The notes under the pieces were generated by a model. That model did not search any database, had not been told where the DNA came from, and worked only from the letters and a program-made list of their open reading frames with translations. Below, piece after piece: positions 37,143 to 46,380 of a stretch of 64,000 nt of DNA. The stretch is from an uncultured Clostridia bacterium (GTDB lineage Bacteria; Bacillota; Dehalobacteriia; UBA4068): assembly GCA_944393575.1 (NCBI GenBank), contig CALYAP010000047.1, positions 1,058 to 65,057 on the forward strand, in the 5' to 3' direction. The translations under genes and the position numbers were made by a program. Within the stretch, counting starts at the first letter, position 1, and every line of letters begins with the position of its first letter.

Positions 37143-38420
37143 CTATTTATTTTGTAATGCTTTGAGGGCTCTTTGACCAATATCGTGCCGGTAATACGCA
37201 TTGGCAAAATCTATTTTGGCCACAGCTGCATAGGCCTTATTGATAGCGGTTGGAAGATCATCAGCAACAGCAGTTACACCTAACACACGGCCACCGGAAG
37301 TTACCACTTGACCATCAACCAGCTTTGTCCCAGCATGATAGACGATAGCATCAGCGGGGCTGTTATCAGTTATGGGATAGCCGGTTTGATATGACTGAGG
37401 ATATCCCTCTGAGGCCATGATAACGCAGCAAGAAGCACCATCCTTAAATTTGATTTTCATTTGCGATAAGCGCTCTTCTTCTACCGCCATCATAATATCC
37501 AACAAATCACTTTCTAGTAGCGGTAGAACAACCTGTGTCTCAGGATCGCCAAAACGGCAATTATATTCAATAACCTTAGGCCCCTTAGCAGTCAGCATCA
37601 GGCCGAAATAAAGACAACCCTTAAAAGGTCTTCCTTCCTCGACCATCGCCTTGACTGTAGGAACGAAGATTTCGTCCATACAGCGTTGAGCTACTTCATC
37701 AGTATAATATGGGTTAGGAGCAACGGTTCCCATTCCCCCAGTATTAAGCCCCTTATCACCATCTTGAGCGCGTTTATGATCCATCGATGAAACCATAGGT
37801 ACTATGGTATGTCCATCAGTAAAAGCCAGGACAGATACCTCAGGGCCAGTTAAAAATTCTTCAATAACGATTTTATCACCACTGGTGCCAAACATTTTGT
37901 CAACAAGGATACGCTGAGCAGTAGCTAGCGCTGTTTCTTGATCTTCAATAATAAAAACACCTTTACCCAGGGCCAAACCATCGGCCTTGATTACCAGTGG
38001 ATATTCTGCATTATCCAAATATTTTTTAGCGGCCTCATAGCTATCAATCACCGTGTAGTCCGCAGTAGGAATACCGTATTTTTGCATCAATTCTTTAGCA
38101 AAACTTTTGCTTCCTTCGATCATCGCGGCTGAAGATTCCGGACCAAAGCATGGAATACCCAAAGCATGCAATTTATCGACTGCACCTAATACCAGAGGAT
38201 CATCAGGAGCCACAATAGCAAAATCAATTTGATGCTCTTGAGCAAATTTGGCAATAGAGTCAATATCTTTAGCATCAATACCAATGCATTCAGCATCAGC
38301 AGCGATACCGCCATTACCTGGTAATGCATAGATATGCTCTACCTTATCATTTTCACGCAGCTTCTTGATGATAGCGTGTTCTCGCCCGCCACCGCCAACA
38401 ACTAATAAATCCATAGTCAT
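37143..38420 (-). CDS. purD: Phosphoribosylamine--glycine ligase
   Basis: ATP-grasp GARS N/A/C domains. N-terminus MDLLVVGGGGREHAI. Confidence 0.95.
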   Translation of the reverse strand: MTMDLLVVGGGGREHAIIKKLRENDKVEHIYALPGNGGIAADAECIGIDAKDIDSIAKFAQEHQIDFAIVAPDDPLVLGAVDKLHALGIPCFGPESSAAMIEGSKSFAKELMQKYGIPTADYTVIDSYEAAKKYLDNAEYPLVIKADGLALGKGVFIIEDQETALATAQRILVDKMFGTSGDKIVIEEFLTGPEVSVLAFTDGHTIVPMVSSMDHKRAQDGDKGLNTGGMGTVAPNPYYTDEVAQRCMDEIFVPTVKAMVEEGRPFKGCLYFGLMLTAKGPKVIEYNCRFGDPETQVVLPLLESDLLDIMMAVEEERLSQMKIKFKDGASCCVIMASEGYPQSYQTGYPITDNSPADAIVYHAGTKLVDGQVVTSGGRVLGVTAVADDLPTAINKAYAAVAKIDFANAYYRHDIGQRALKALQNK

Positions 38421-38437
38421 TACCTCGCCAGCTATTT

Positions 38438-39619
38438 TTAATGATGGAACAATCTAAGACCAGTAAAGGCCATCACCATGTTAAATTTATCGCAGCACTC
38501 AATAACAGCATCATCACGTATAGATCCGCCGGGCTGAGCGATGAAACTGACGCCACTAGCAGCAGCACGCTCGATATTATCAGAAAATGGGAAGAAAGCA
38601 TCACTGCCCAGTGAGACCCCCTTTAATGTCGATAAATATGCCTTTTTCTCTTCACGGGTAAAAGGTTCTGGGCGTACTGCAAAATACTTCTGCCAGACGT
38701 TATCACCGATAACCTCCTCTGCGTCATCGGAAAGATAAAGATCGATGGTATTATTATAATCCTGCCGTTTTAAATCCGCTGCAAAGACTAGCTCCATCAC
38801 TTTAGGATGCTGGCGCAGATGCCATAAATCAGCTTTAGTACCAGCAAGCCTGGTACAATGAATGCGCGACTGCTGCCCAGCACCAACACCGATGGCTTGT
38901 CCATCAACAGCATAACACACGGAATTAGATTGAGTATATTTTAAGGTAATCAGAGCAACAACTAAATCACGCTTAGCCTCATCAGATAATTGTTTGTTTT
39001 TGGTAACAATATTATCAAGCAAGGAATAGTCGATCCGGCAATCATTACGCCCTTGTTCAAAAGTCACACCAAACACCTGTTTATGTTCAATAGCCGGTGG
39101 CTCATATTCTGGATCGATCTCCACAATATTATAATTACCATTGCGTTTACTACTGAGGATTTTCTTAGCCTCATCAGTATAGCCAGGTGCGATAACGCCA
39201 TCACTGACCTCTCTTTTGATAATATTAGCAGTAGTTTCATCACAGATATCGCTTAAAGCTATCCAATCGCCAAAAGAGGACATACGGTCCGTGCCTCTAG
39301 CCCTAGCGTATGCACAAGCTAAAGGCGAATCATTAAGTCCTTCAATATCATCAACAAAACAGCTTTTCTGAAGAACATCACTCAATGGCAAACCCAAAGC
39401 TGCTCCAGCAGGGCTGACATGTTTAAAGGAAGCTGCTGCTGGCATACCCATAGCATCCTTAAGTTCTTTAACCAGCTGCCAGCTGTTCAATGCATCGAGA
39501 AAATTAATATAACCAGGACGGCCATTGAGGACAGCCAAAGGCAGTTCGCCTTCTTCAACATAAATACGTGCCGGTTTCTGATGCGGATTACAACCATATT
39601 TTAATGCAAATTCTTTCAT
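38438..39619 (-). CDS. purH: AICAR formyltransferase (PurH AICARFT domain only, no MGS-like cyclohydrolase domain)
   Basis: KYGCNPHQ, FKHVSPAG, SDAFFPF and QPGGSIRD motifs. 393 aa, about 130 aa shorter than bifunctional PurH. Confidence 0.85.
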   Translation of the reverse strand: MKEFALKYGCNPHQKPARIYVEEGELPLAVLNGRPGYINFLDALNSWQLVKELKDAMGMPAAASFKHVSPAGAALGLPLSDVLQKSCFVDDIEGLNDSPLACAYARARGTDRMSSFGDWIALSDICDETTANIIKREVSDGVIAPGYTDEAKKILSSKRNGNYNIVEIDPEYEPPAIEHKQVFGVTFEQGRNDCRIDYSLLDNIVTKNKQLSDEAKRDLVVALITLKYTQSNSVCYAVDGQAIGVGAGQQSRIHCTRLAGTKADLWHLRQHPKVMELVFAADLKRQDYNNTIDLYLSDDAEEVIGDNVWQKYFAVRPEPFTREEKKAYLSTLKGVSLGSDAFFPFSDNIERAAASGVSFIAQPGGSIRDDAVIECCDKFNMVMAFTGLRLFHH

Positions 39620-39634
39620 CCTTTGTTCCTCCTG

Positions 39635-40351
39635 TTATTGATTACGGTTGACTATTCTCGTCTGCCACTGACCAGAAGGCAAATCGATATAACGCACAGC
39701 CAAAGAAACTTTATTATCAGCGTTTAAACTATTCCACAGCATGGTAGTAAAATCATCTATATCGCCAATATTTTGTAAAGAAATGATTTCCGGCTCACCA
39801 GTAAACGTCGGCAGCGGATCGCCATCACCCAAATAGGTATGGATGAAATGCCCTTGCCCAGGACAGGCGTTGAACTCAAAAACATTACGCTGGCAAGCAT
39901 CACTGGAAGGACTCTGTTTTTTAAGAATACTCATTTTATAAGTAAACGATTGATCATTACAAGCAACGATACCGCTGATCCTTGGGGTATAGTTAGGGGC
40001 ATCCGGCTCATAAACTCTGCTCCTCAGTGCTTCTTCAAAAGATAAACCCTTTTGCATATATTCGTAGATAGTATCCGTCTGGTCACCATTGGTGACAATA
40101 GTACAGTTGTCCAGTACTCGTAAAGGCGAATAAATAATTAGGGTCGGGTCTTCAAGTTTGCTTTCATCAAAAGCCTTAATCAATAGACCATCACCGTCTT
40201 CGAGAAAGATCCTGTTGCGGCTATTGGAGCTGCGCCCCATCAGAAAATAGGCAATAATAGCCTTGCTGGCGTCACCGCTAGTACCAATAATAATGCCACG
40301 TCCTGCATAGCTATTGTTTTCTAAAATATTAACAATATTTTGTTCAATCAT
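39635..40351 (-). CDS. purO: PurO-type (archaeal-like) IMP cyclohydrolase
   Basis: From a remembered alignment to M. jannaschii PurO: YAGRGIIIG....AYFLMGRSSNSRNR, IVTNGDQTDTI and YTPRISGIV segments. Sits exactly where a cyclohydrolase is needed next to AICARFT-only purH. Confidence 0.6.
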   Translation of the reverse strand: MIEQNIVNILENNSYAGRGIIIGTSGDASKAIIAYFLMGRSSNSRNRIFLEDGDGLLIKAFDESKLEDPTLIIYSPLRVLDNCTIVTNGDQTDTIYEYMQKGLSFEEALRSRVYEPDAPNYTPRISGIVACNDQSFTYKMSILKKQSPSSDACQRNVFEFNACPGQGHFIHTYLGDGDPLPTFTGEPEIISLQNIGDIDDFTTMLWNSLNADNKVSLAVRYIDLPSGQWQTRIVNRNQ

Positions 40352-40967
40352 TAGCCTTCTCCTTATCTTCTATCATTGTTTTAGCAACTAATTCTGTAGC
40401 AGCTGGTAACAAAATCCATTCAGCTTGCTCCATAACACGTCTCTGCAATATTTCCGGAGTATCACCAGGCAAAACATCAACCGCTTTTTGCATAATAATC
40501 TCTCCGCCATCTGGCACCTCATTAACAAAATGTACCGTAGCACCAGTTACCTTAACCCCATAATCCAACGCCGCCTCATGAACTTTGAGCCCATAGTACC
40601 CCTTTCCGCAGAAGGAAGGAATTAATGCCGGATGAACGTTGATGATCCGCCGCGGCCATTGATTAGTAAAATCAGCAGAAAGAATCGTCATAAATCCAGC
40701 TAAAACAATCAAATCGATATGTTTTTGTGCTAATAATGCGAGAATCCTCTGCTCAAATTCTTTTTGGTCAGCACACTCTTTTTTTTCTACTATTGCGGTA
40801 GTAACATGGCGTTTTTCTGCCCGTTCCAGCGCATAAGCATCTGCATGATCAGAGATCACTAAAACAATCTCACCATGAGTTAGACGACCGTCTTGTTCTG
40901 CATCCAGCAACTGCTGTAAATTAGTGCCACCACCAGATACCAAAACTGCTATTTGTGCTTTTAGCAT
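40344..40967 (-). CDS. purN: Phosphoribosylglycinamide formyltransferase
   Basis: Formyl-transferase N domain. AVLVSGGGTNLQ start. Confidence 0.9.
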   Translation of the reverse strand: MLKAQIAVLVSGGGTNLQQLLDAEQDGRLTHGEIVLVISDHADAYALERAEKRHVTTAIVEKKECADQKEFEQRILALLAQKHIDLIVLAGFMTILSADFTNQWPRRIINVHPALIPSFCGKGYYGLKVHEAALDYGVKVTGATVHFVNEVPDGGEIIMQKAVDVLPGDTPEILQRRVMEQAEWILLPAATELVAKTMIEDKEKAND

Positions 40968-41995
40968 ATAGCTACTCCTTCGTCTCCTTCAACTATTTCA
41001 CCTAAGCACCAGGCCTCAATATTATGTTCCTTTAACACGGCAAGGGTCTTATTGACATCATCTTCAGCGACAATAACCGTCATACCAGTTCCCATATTGA
41101 AGGTATTAAACATATCGTGTTCGGAAATCTGCCCTTGCTTTTGAATCAAGGCAAATAATGGAGAAATACGGCAAGCAGAACGCTCGATCTTCGCCATTAA
41201 TCCACTAGGGATACTCCTTGGAATATTCTCATAAAAACCACCGCCAGTAATATGGGAAATGCCATGTACAGATACCTGCGACAGCAAAGAGAGGATCGGC
41301 TTAACATAAATACAAGTAGGAGCAAGCAGAGCCTCGCCTAAGCTCATACCCAAATCATCATAATGCTGGGATAATGAAGAAGTGGTTATAGAAAAAATTT
41401 TCCTAATCAAAGAAAAACCATTAGAATGTACTCCACTTGATGGTAGAGCGATAATCACATCACCTGTATGCACCATACTGGGATCGATAATCTTACTTCT
41501 ATCAGCAATGCCAACTGAGAAGCCAGCCAGGTCATATTCATCCTCAGGATAAAAGCCTGGCATTTCGGCAGTCTCGCCACCAATCAAAGCAGCACCAGCC
41601 TGTACACAGCCATCAGCTACCCCGGAAACGATTTGAGCTATTTTGGCTGGATCGTTTTTTCCACACGCAATATAGTCTAAAAAGAACAGGGGTTGAGCAC
41701 CGCCACAAATAATATCGTTAACGCACATCGCCACACAATCTATGCCGATAGTATCATGCTTGTCCATCACAAAAGCCAGTTTCAGTTTGGTGCCTACACC
41801 ATCTGTACCGCTTACCAAAACCGGTTCTTTGATTCCCTGAAGATCAGGAGCAAACAAACCGCCAAATCCGCCAATAGGTGATAAAACACCCTTGGTAGTT
41901 GTACGGGCGATATGAGTTTTCATTAGCTCAACAGCACGATAACCTGCAGTAATATCAACACCTGCATCTTTATAACTTTCGCTATAACTTTTCAT
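40961..41995 (-). CDS. purM: Phosphoribosylformylglycinamidine cyclo-ligase (AIR synthase)
   Basis: YKDAGVDI N-terminus and the AIRS/AIRS_C domains. Confidence 0.95.
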   Translation of the reverse strand: MKSYSESYKDAGVDITAGYRAVELMKTHIARTTTKGVLSPIGGFGGLFAPDLQGIKEPVLVSGTDGVGTKLKLAFVMDKHDTIGIDCVAMCVNDIICGGAQPLFFLDYIACGKNDPAKIAQIVSGVADGCVQAGAALIGGETAEMPGFYPEDEYDLAGFSVGIADRSKIIDPSMVHTGDVIIALPSSGVHSNGFSLIRKIFSITTSSLSQHYDDLGMSLGEALLAPTCIYVKPILSLLSQVSVHGISHITGGGFYENIPRSIPSGLMAKIERSACRISPLFALIQKQGQISEHDMFNTFNMGTGMTVIVAEDDVNKTLAVLKEHNIEAWCLGEIVEGDEGVAIC

Positions 41996-42040
41996 TATTT
42001 CTCCTCCTGGGTAATAGCAAATAAGTCATACAGGAGAGAT

Positions 42041-43483
42041 CTATTCGATCTTCTTATTAAGCCGTTCTTCCAAAGCCAATTTATCAATCGCTTCGCTAAT
42101 ATCTATTGGATATTTACCAGTGAAGCAAGCTGTACAAAGGCTGCCATGATAATTGTCCGGAATCTGATCCAAACAATTAACATCAAAATAGCCTAGTGAA
42201 TCAAGCCCCATCTCTTTGGCAGTCTCCTCCACGGTGCGATGATTAGCCACCAAATAATCACGTTCGCTGATATCTGTACCAAAATAGCAGGAATGAATAA
42301 ATGGTGGTGCAGTTACACGCATATGGACTTCCTTCGCCCCAGCCTCTCGCAAGAGACGGACAATTCTTGCACCAGTGGTTCCGCGAACAATCGAATCGTC
42401 AATCATTACTACCCGCTTATCTTTAACAGTGGAAGTGATCACATTCAGCTTGATACGAACTAATTTCTCTCGTTCTTCCTGACCAGGCTGGATAAAAGTC
42501 CGGCCAATATATTTGTTTTTAATGAAGCCGATCCCATACGGGATACCGGATTGGGCTGAATAGCCCACAGCTGCATCGATACCTGAATCCGGCACACCGA
42601 TTACTACATCCGCATCTACTGGATGCTGCATAGCCAACATCGCTCCAGCTCTGTGTCTGGCCACATGGACAGTAGTCCCCTCTACAACTGAGTCTGGACG
42701 AGAAAAGTAAATATACTCAAAAACGCAAAAAGCTTTCGGGTATTCAGTACAGTGATCAGTTATCGAGCGCAGACCATTCTCATCAATGATAACGATCTCC
42801 CCTGGTTTAACATCACGCAGGAATTTAGCTCCTACCGCATCTAAAGCGCAGGTCTCAGAAGCTAAAACATAACCATTATCGAGCTGACCGATCGATAACG
42901 GGCGAAATCCTAAAGGATCTCTGATACCCATTAGTTTTTGTGGCGATGTTACTACCAAAGAATAAGCGCCCTTCAAACGGTACATTGCTTTTGACACTGC
43001 TTCTTCAATAGATGAACTAGCAATGCGCTGTTTAGTGAATTCATAGGCAATAACTTCAGTATCACTGGTAGTGTGAAAAATGGAACCATTTAACTCCAGC
43101 TCCTCTCGCAAGACAGAAGCATTGGTCAGGTTGCCATTATGAGCCAGCGACATCGAACCCTTAATATGGTTGATCGTGATCGGTTGGGCATTACGGCGAA
43201 TGTTACCCCCAGTAGTACCATAGCGGACATGACCAATAGCAATATTACCATGCCCTAGCGACTCAAGCTGTTCCCGATGAAAGACGTCATTAACCAACCC
43301 GTTATCTTTATAACTGTGCATAACACCGCGGTCATTAACCACAATGCCACAGCTCTCCTGGCCACGGTGCTGTAATGAATAAAGCCCATAATAAACTTGA
43401 CGGGCTACATCGCAACTCTCATTGCAATAGATGCCAAAAACACCGCACTCCTCATGAATGCCACGAGAAAACTCCGTATCCAT
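42041..43483 (-). CDS. purF: Amidophosphoribosyltransferase
   Basis: N-terminal CGV/CGI nucleophile (EECGVFGIY), a PRTase domain and C-terminal Fe-S cysteines. Confidence 0.95.
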   Translation of the reverse strand: MDTEFSRGIHEECGVFGIYCNESCDVARQVYYGLYSLQHRGQESCGIVVNDRGVMHSYKDNGLVNDVFHREQLESLGHGNIAIGHVRYGTTGGNIRRNAQPITINHIKGSMSLAHNGNLTNASVLREELELNGSIFHTTSDTEVIAYEFTKQRIASSSIEEAVSKAMYRLKGAYSLVVTSPQKLMGIRDPLGFRPLSIGQLDNGYVLASETCALDAVGAKFLRDVKPGEIVIIDENGLRSITDHCTEYPKAFCVFEYIYFSRPDSVVEGTTVHVARHRAGAMLAMQHPVDADVVIGVPDSGIDAAVGYSAQSGIPYGIGFIKNKYIGRTFIQPGQEEREKLVRIKLNVITSTVKDKRVVMIDDSIVRGTTGARIVRLLREAGAKEVHMRVTAPPFIHSCYFGTDISERDYLVANHRTVEETAKEMGLDSLGYFDVNCLDQIPDNYHGSLCTACFTGKYPIDISEAIDKLALEERLNKKIE

Positions 43484-43485
43484 TG

Positions 43486-44208
43486 TTACCTCCCCAGTAA
43501 ACGTTTCATTATTTCTTGATAAGCGTCTTCCACGCCACCCATATCCCGGCGAAAACGATCTTTATCAAGCTTGGTTCCGGTCTTGCTATCCCAAAAACGG
43601 CAAGTATCCGGCGATATTTCATCAGCTAAAACAATTTGGCCATCAGCAGTTTTGCCAAATTCCAATTTAAAATCGATTAGCTCAATGCCCAAGTCGCTTA
43701 AATAATTAGTCAAAATTTCATTGATCTTAAAAGCATAATCAGCTATAGTATTCAACTCTTCTCGGGTAGCAAATTGCATAGCTAAAATATGATAGTCATT
43801 TACCATCGGATCATCTAAAGCATCATTTTTATAGCAATACTCTAAAACAGGACGGCTCATCTTATGTCCTTCTTCAAGCCCCAGACGTTTAGCCAATGAT
43901 CCGGCAGCAATATTGCGGACGATTACTTCCAAAGGGATAATCTGTACTCTCTTGACCAAAGTTTCCCGGTCAGATAGTTGCTCAACTAAATGGGTAGGAA
44001 TACCTTTGCTCTCCAATAATTTCATCAAATGATTGGTAATACAATTATTGATAATTCCCTTGCCGGAAATTGTTCCTTTTTTGGCGCCATTGAAAGCAGT
44101 GGCATCATCCTTATAGTCCACAATGCAAAGCTCGGGATCATCAGTGGCGTATACCTTTTTAGCTTTTCCTTCATATAGCTGTTCCATTTTTTGCATAAGA
44201 CTCACCAC
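43486..44208 (-). CDS. purC: SAICAR synthetase
   Basis: [11 protein letters not shown]-terminus and the SAICAR_synt fold. Confidence 0.95.
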   Translation of the reverse strand: MVSLMQKMEQLYEGKAKKVYATDDPELCIVDYKDDATAFNGAKKGTISGKGIINNCITNHLMKLLESKGIPTHLVEQLSDRETLVKRVQIIPLEVIVRNIAAGSLAKRLGLEEGHKMSRPVLEYCYKNDALDDPMVNDYHILAMQFATREELNTIADYAFKINEILTNYLSDLGIELIDFKLEFGKTADGQIVLADEISPDTCRFWDSKTGTKLDKDRFRRDMGGVEDAYQEIMKRLLGR

Positions 44209-44226
44209 CCTAAAAAATTTGCAAAC

Positions 44227-44724
44227 TTATTTAGCTATTTTACTCTGCAACGACTGATCTTTAGACAATACCTTATTCTTCATCTCTTGACGATTCTTGT
44301 CTAGCTTGTCCGCTAGCTCTATGTCACTCAAAGATAGGATTTGTACCGCTAAGATAGCAGCATTAGCAGCCCCATTGATACCAACAGTTGCTACAGGGAT
44401 ACCGGGCGGCATCTGGACTGTAGATAACAACGCATCCAATCCATCTAAAGCCGACGATTTAATTGGGATACCGATGACAGGCACGGTAGTCTGAGCAGCG
44501 ATGGCACCAGCTAAATGAGCTGCCATGCCAGCTGCAGCAATAATGACGCCAAAATCATTATCCCTGGCAGCTGAAGCAAAAGCTGCAGTCATCTCCGGTG
44601 TCCGATGGGCAGAAAAAACATGTGCTTCAAAAGGAACACCATATTGTTCAAATATGGGAAATGCTGCTTCCACTACTGGTAAATCACTATCACTACCCAT
44701 AATAACCGCTACTTTTTTCATCAA
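44227..44724 (-). CDS. purE: N5-CAIR mutase
   Basis: VAVIMGSDSDLPV and AGMAAHLAG motifs. Confidence 0.95.
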   Translation of the reverse strand: MMKKVAVIMGSDSDLPVVEAAFPIFEQYGVPFEAHVFSAHRTPEMTAAFASAARDNDFGVIIAAAGMAAHLAGAIAAQTTVPVIGIPIKSSALDGLDALLSTVQMPPGIPVATVGINGAANAAILAVQILSLSDIELADKLDKNRQEMKNKVLSKDQSLQSKIAK

Positions 44725-45057
44725 TAATTTCCTCCTTGATCAATTAACTAAAAAACGGCACGAACAAAGAGCCCTTATTATCAGACTTTTCTTTATCCTG
44801 CCGTTACAACATTATCTTAAATACCGCTGGTGGTACCCCAATAAGCATTTGCTTATCATCACCAGCTAAAGGAGACTTATCCAATTTTTGTTGCACAAAA
44901 GCAATATCGGGCTGAGAGCCCGACGTACACATACCACAAAAACAGCCTCTTATTAATATATCGACCGATTTATTCGCATTATAACGCGCCACAGCCGAAA
45001 ATCCTTTCTCCAACAACTATTGGGAAACGTAAAAGGTAATATCAACAAAGATATCAC
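44725..45057 (-). promoter_or_regulatory. Roughly 330-nt structured 5' leader of the pur operon. Candidate riboswitch/attenuator of unassigned class
   Basis: Lies between a consensus promoter and the purE RBS. Contains a 7-bp GC hairpin TCGGGCT-ctc-AGCCCGA (44907-44923) followed by a U-rich tract, and a nested hairpin CTGGTG[ATAAGCA-aat-TGCTTAT]TGGGGTACCACCAG (44827-44865). An AACGGCA...TGCCGTT(TTTT) stem sits directly before the AAGGAGG RBS. Confidence 0.4.
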
Positions 45058-45064
45058 CTTTTAT

Positions 45065-45093
45065 ATTATAACTATAGCACTTGACAAAGTCAA
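45065..45093 (-). promoter_or_regulatory. Sigma-A promoter of the pur operon
   Basis: Minus strand TTGACT - 17 nt - TATAAT, a perfect consensus. The -35 lies inside the palindrome TTGACAAAGTCAA. Confidence 0.7.
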
Positions 45094-45159
45094 GGTATTT
45101 TACAGCATATTTAGTGTTTTTTTGCACTTGATGAATAATTGTTTCACTATTTGCAGTGT

Positions 45160-45435
45160 TTAATCAATAATATCGTCAACAGTTATTTTCTTCTCACTAA
45201 TAATACGGTACATTTCAGCTGCTTCACTAGCTTTTATCGACTCAGCCACGAGCAAAACTTCAACTTCGGTAATCTTACCGCCATAGGCAATTTCCAGTAT
45301 ATCTCCCACAGAGATGTCGCTGCCTGCCTTAGCAACTCTTCCATTGAGTTGAATTCTACCAGCATCGCAGACCTCTTTGGCGATCGTTCTCCTCTTAATC
45401 AAACGTGATACTTTTAGAAATTTATCTAACCTCAT
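45160..45435 (-). CDS. yabO: S4-domain RNA-binding protein (YabO/Hsp15-like)
   Basis: MRLDKFLKVSRLIKRR S4 motif, 91 aa, downstream of mazG as in Bacillus. Confidence 0.75.
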   Translation of the reverse strand: MRLDKFLKVSRLIKRRTIAKEVCDAGRIQLNGRVAKAGSDISVGDILEIAYGGKITEVEVLLVAESIKASEAAEMYRIISEKKITVDDIID

Positions 45436-46211
45436 TTTTCTTTCCCTTTCGCTTCATTCCAAATAGCATCCATATCGGCCAAACTAACATCCTCCCACTG
45501 CAAACCCTTCGCATTCAGTGTATCTTCTATATAATTAAAACGTTTGATAAACTTGCGTACTGATGCCCGCAGAGCATCTTCGGCATCAACATCCATAAAT
45601 CTGGCAACATTGACTAAAGAAAACAAAACATCGCCGAGCTCATCCTGGCGTTCATCAGCACTTTCCGCTTGAGACAACTCTTTAAGCTCTTCAGTCAATT
45701 TTTCCTCAGCTCCACTGATATCCGGCCAATCAAAGCCTACCCTGTGAGCCTTATCCTGGGCTTTCTGTGCCAACATTAAGGCAGGGAGGTTCTCATTGAT
45801 CTTCATTATTCCGCGTTTTTTCTGTTCCTGTGCGCCTTTTTCTTCGGCCTTAATTTTTTCCCACATAGTAAGTACATCTTCGGCATTATCAGCATGGGCA
45901 TTAGAGAAAATATGTGGGTGACGGCGGATCATTTTTTGGCTGACATTGTCCACCACATCATCGATAGTGAACTTATTTTCTTCTGCTGCAATCTGAGAGT
46001 GCAAAACAACCTGTAATAAAACATCGCCTAGCTCATCACAAAGAGCGGCGTCATCTTGGCTATCGATAGCATCAATAACCTCATAACATTCTTCCAATAA
46101 ATAACGCTTCAGGGTAAAGTGATCCTGTTTTTTGTCCCAAGGGCATCCATCCTTACCCCTTAGGCGGGCAATGATCGACACCAACTCTTGCCATTTATTA
46201 GCATCTGTCAT
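45432..46211 (-). CDS. mazG: MazG-family nucleoside triphosphate pyrophosphohydrolase (tandem MazG domains, no N-terminal methylase domain)
   Basis: Two EExxE/D MazG motifs (LLEECYEVIDAI and LTEELKELSQAESADE). Start set at MTDANKWQEL. The ORF-track extension is rejected. Confidence 0.85.
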   Translation of the reverse strand: MTDANKWQELVSIIARLRGKDGCPWDKKQDHFTLKRYLLEECYEVIDAIDSQDDAALCDELGDVLLQVVLHSQIAAEENKFTIDDVVDNVSQKMIRRHPHIFSNAHADNAEDVLTMWEKIKAEEKGAQEQKKRGIMKINENLPALMLAQKAQDKAHRVGFDWPDISGAEEKLTEELKELSQAESADERQDELGDVLFSLVNVARFMDVDAEDALRASVRKFIKRFNYIEDTLNAKGLQWEDVSLADMDAIWNEAKGKEK

Positions 46212-46380
46212 TAACATTACCTTCTTCAAATAAATTAATAAAAAACTCATATTTAATTTATCATTATTATCTACTCGCGTCAATATTGCCCCGATAACAA
46301 ACAAGCATTTTACAGGATAAACAGCTTATGGTATATTTAATTTACTATGTATTTGCAATTTATCAAGGACGGCGGCAAAA

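Noticed and set aside
44804-45016. 70-aa ORF in the pur leader, a possible leader peptide
   Set aside because: It has a TTG start, no SD and no purine-codon-rich attenuation logic. The region is better explained as a structured RNA.
44725-45064. Purine (guanine/adenine) riboswitch or T-box in the pur leader
   Set aside because: The conserved purine-aptamer junction sequences UUUCUACC, CCGUAAAU and GACUAUG are absent. GGGGTACCACCAGCGG resembles but does not match the T-box AGGGTGGNACCGCG motif, and a T-box makes no biological sense here.
45432-46304. 290-aa mazG call starting at MFVIGAILTRV
   Set aside because: The N-terminal 30 residues lack homology and an RBS. The start at MTDANK (46211) follows a GAAGGTAA RBS.
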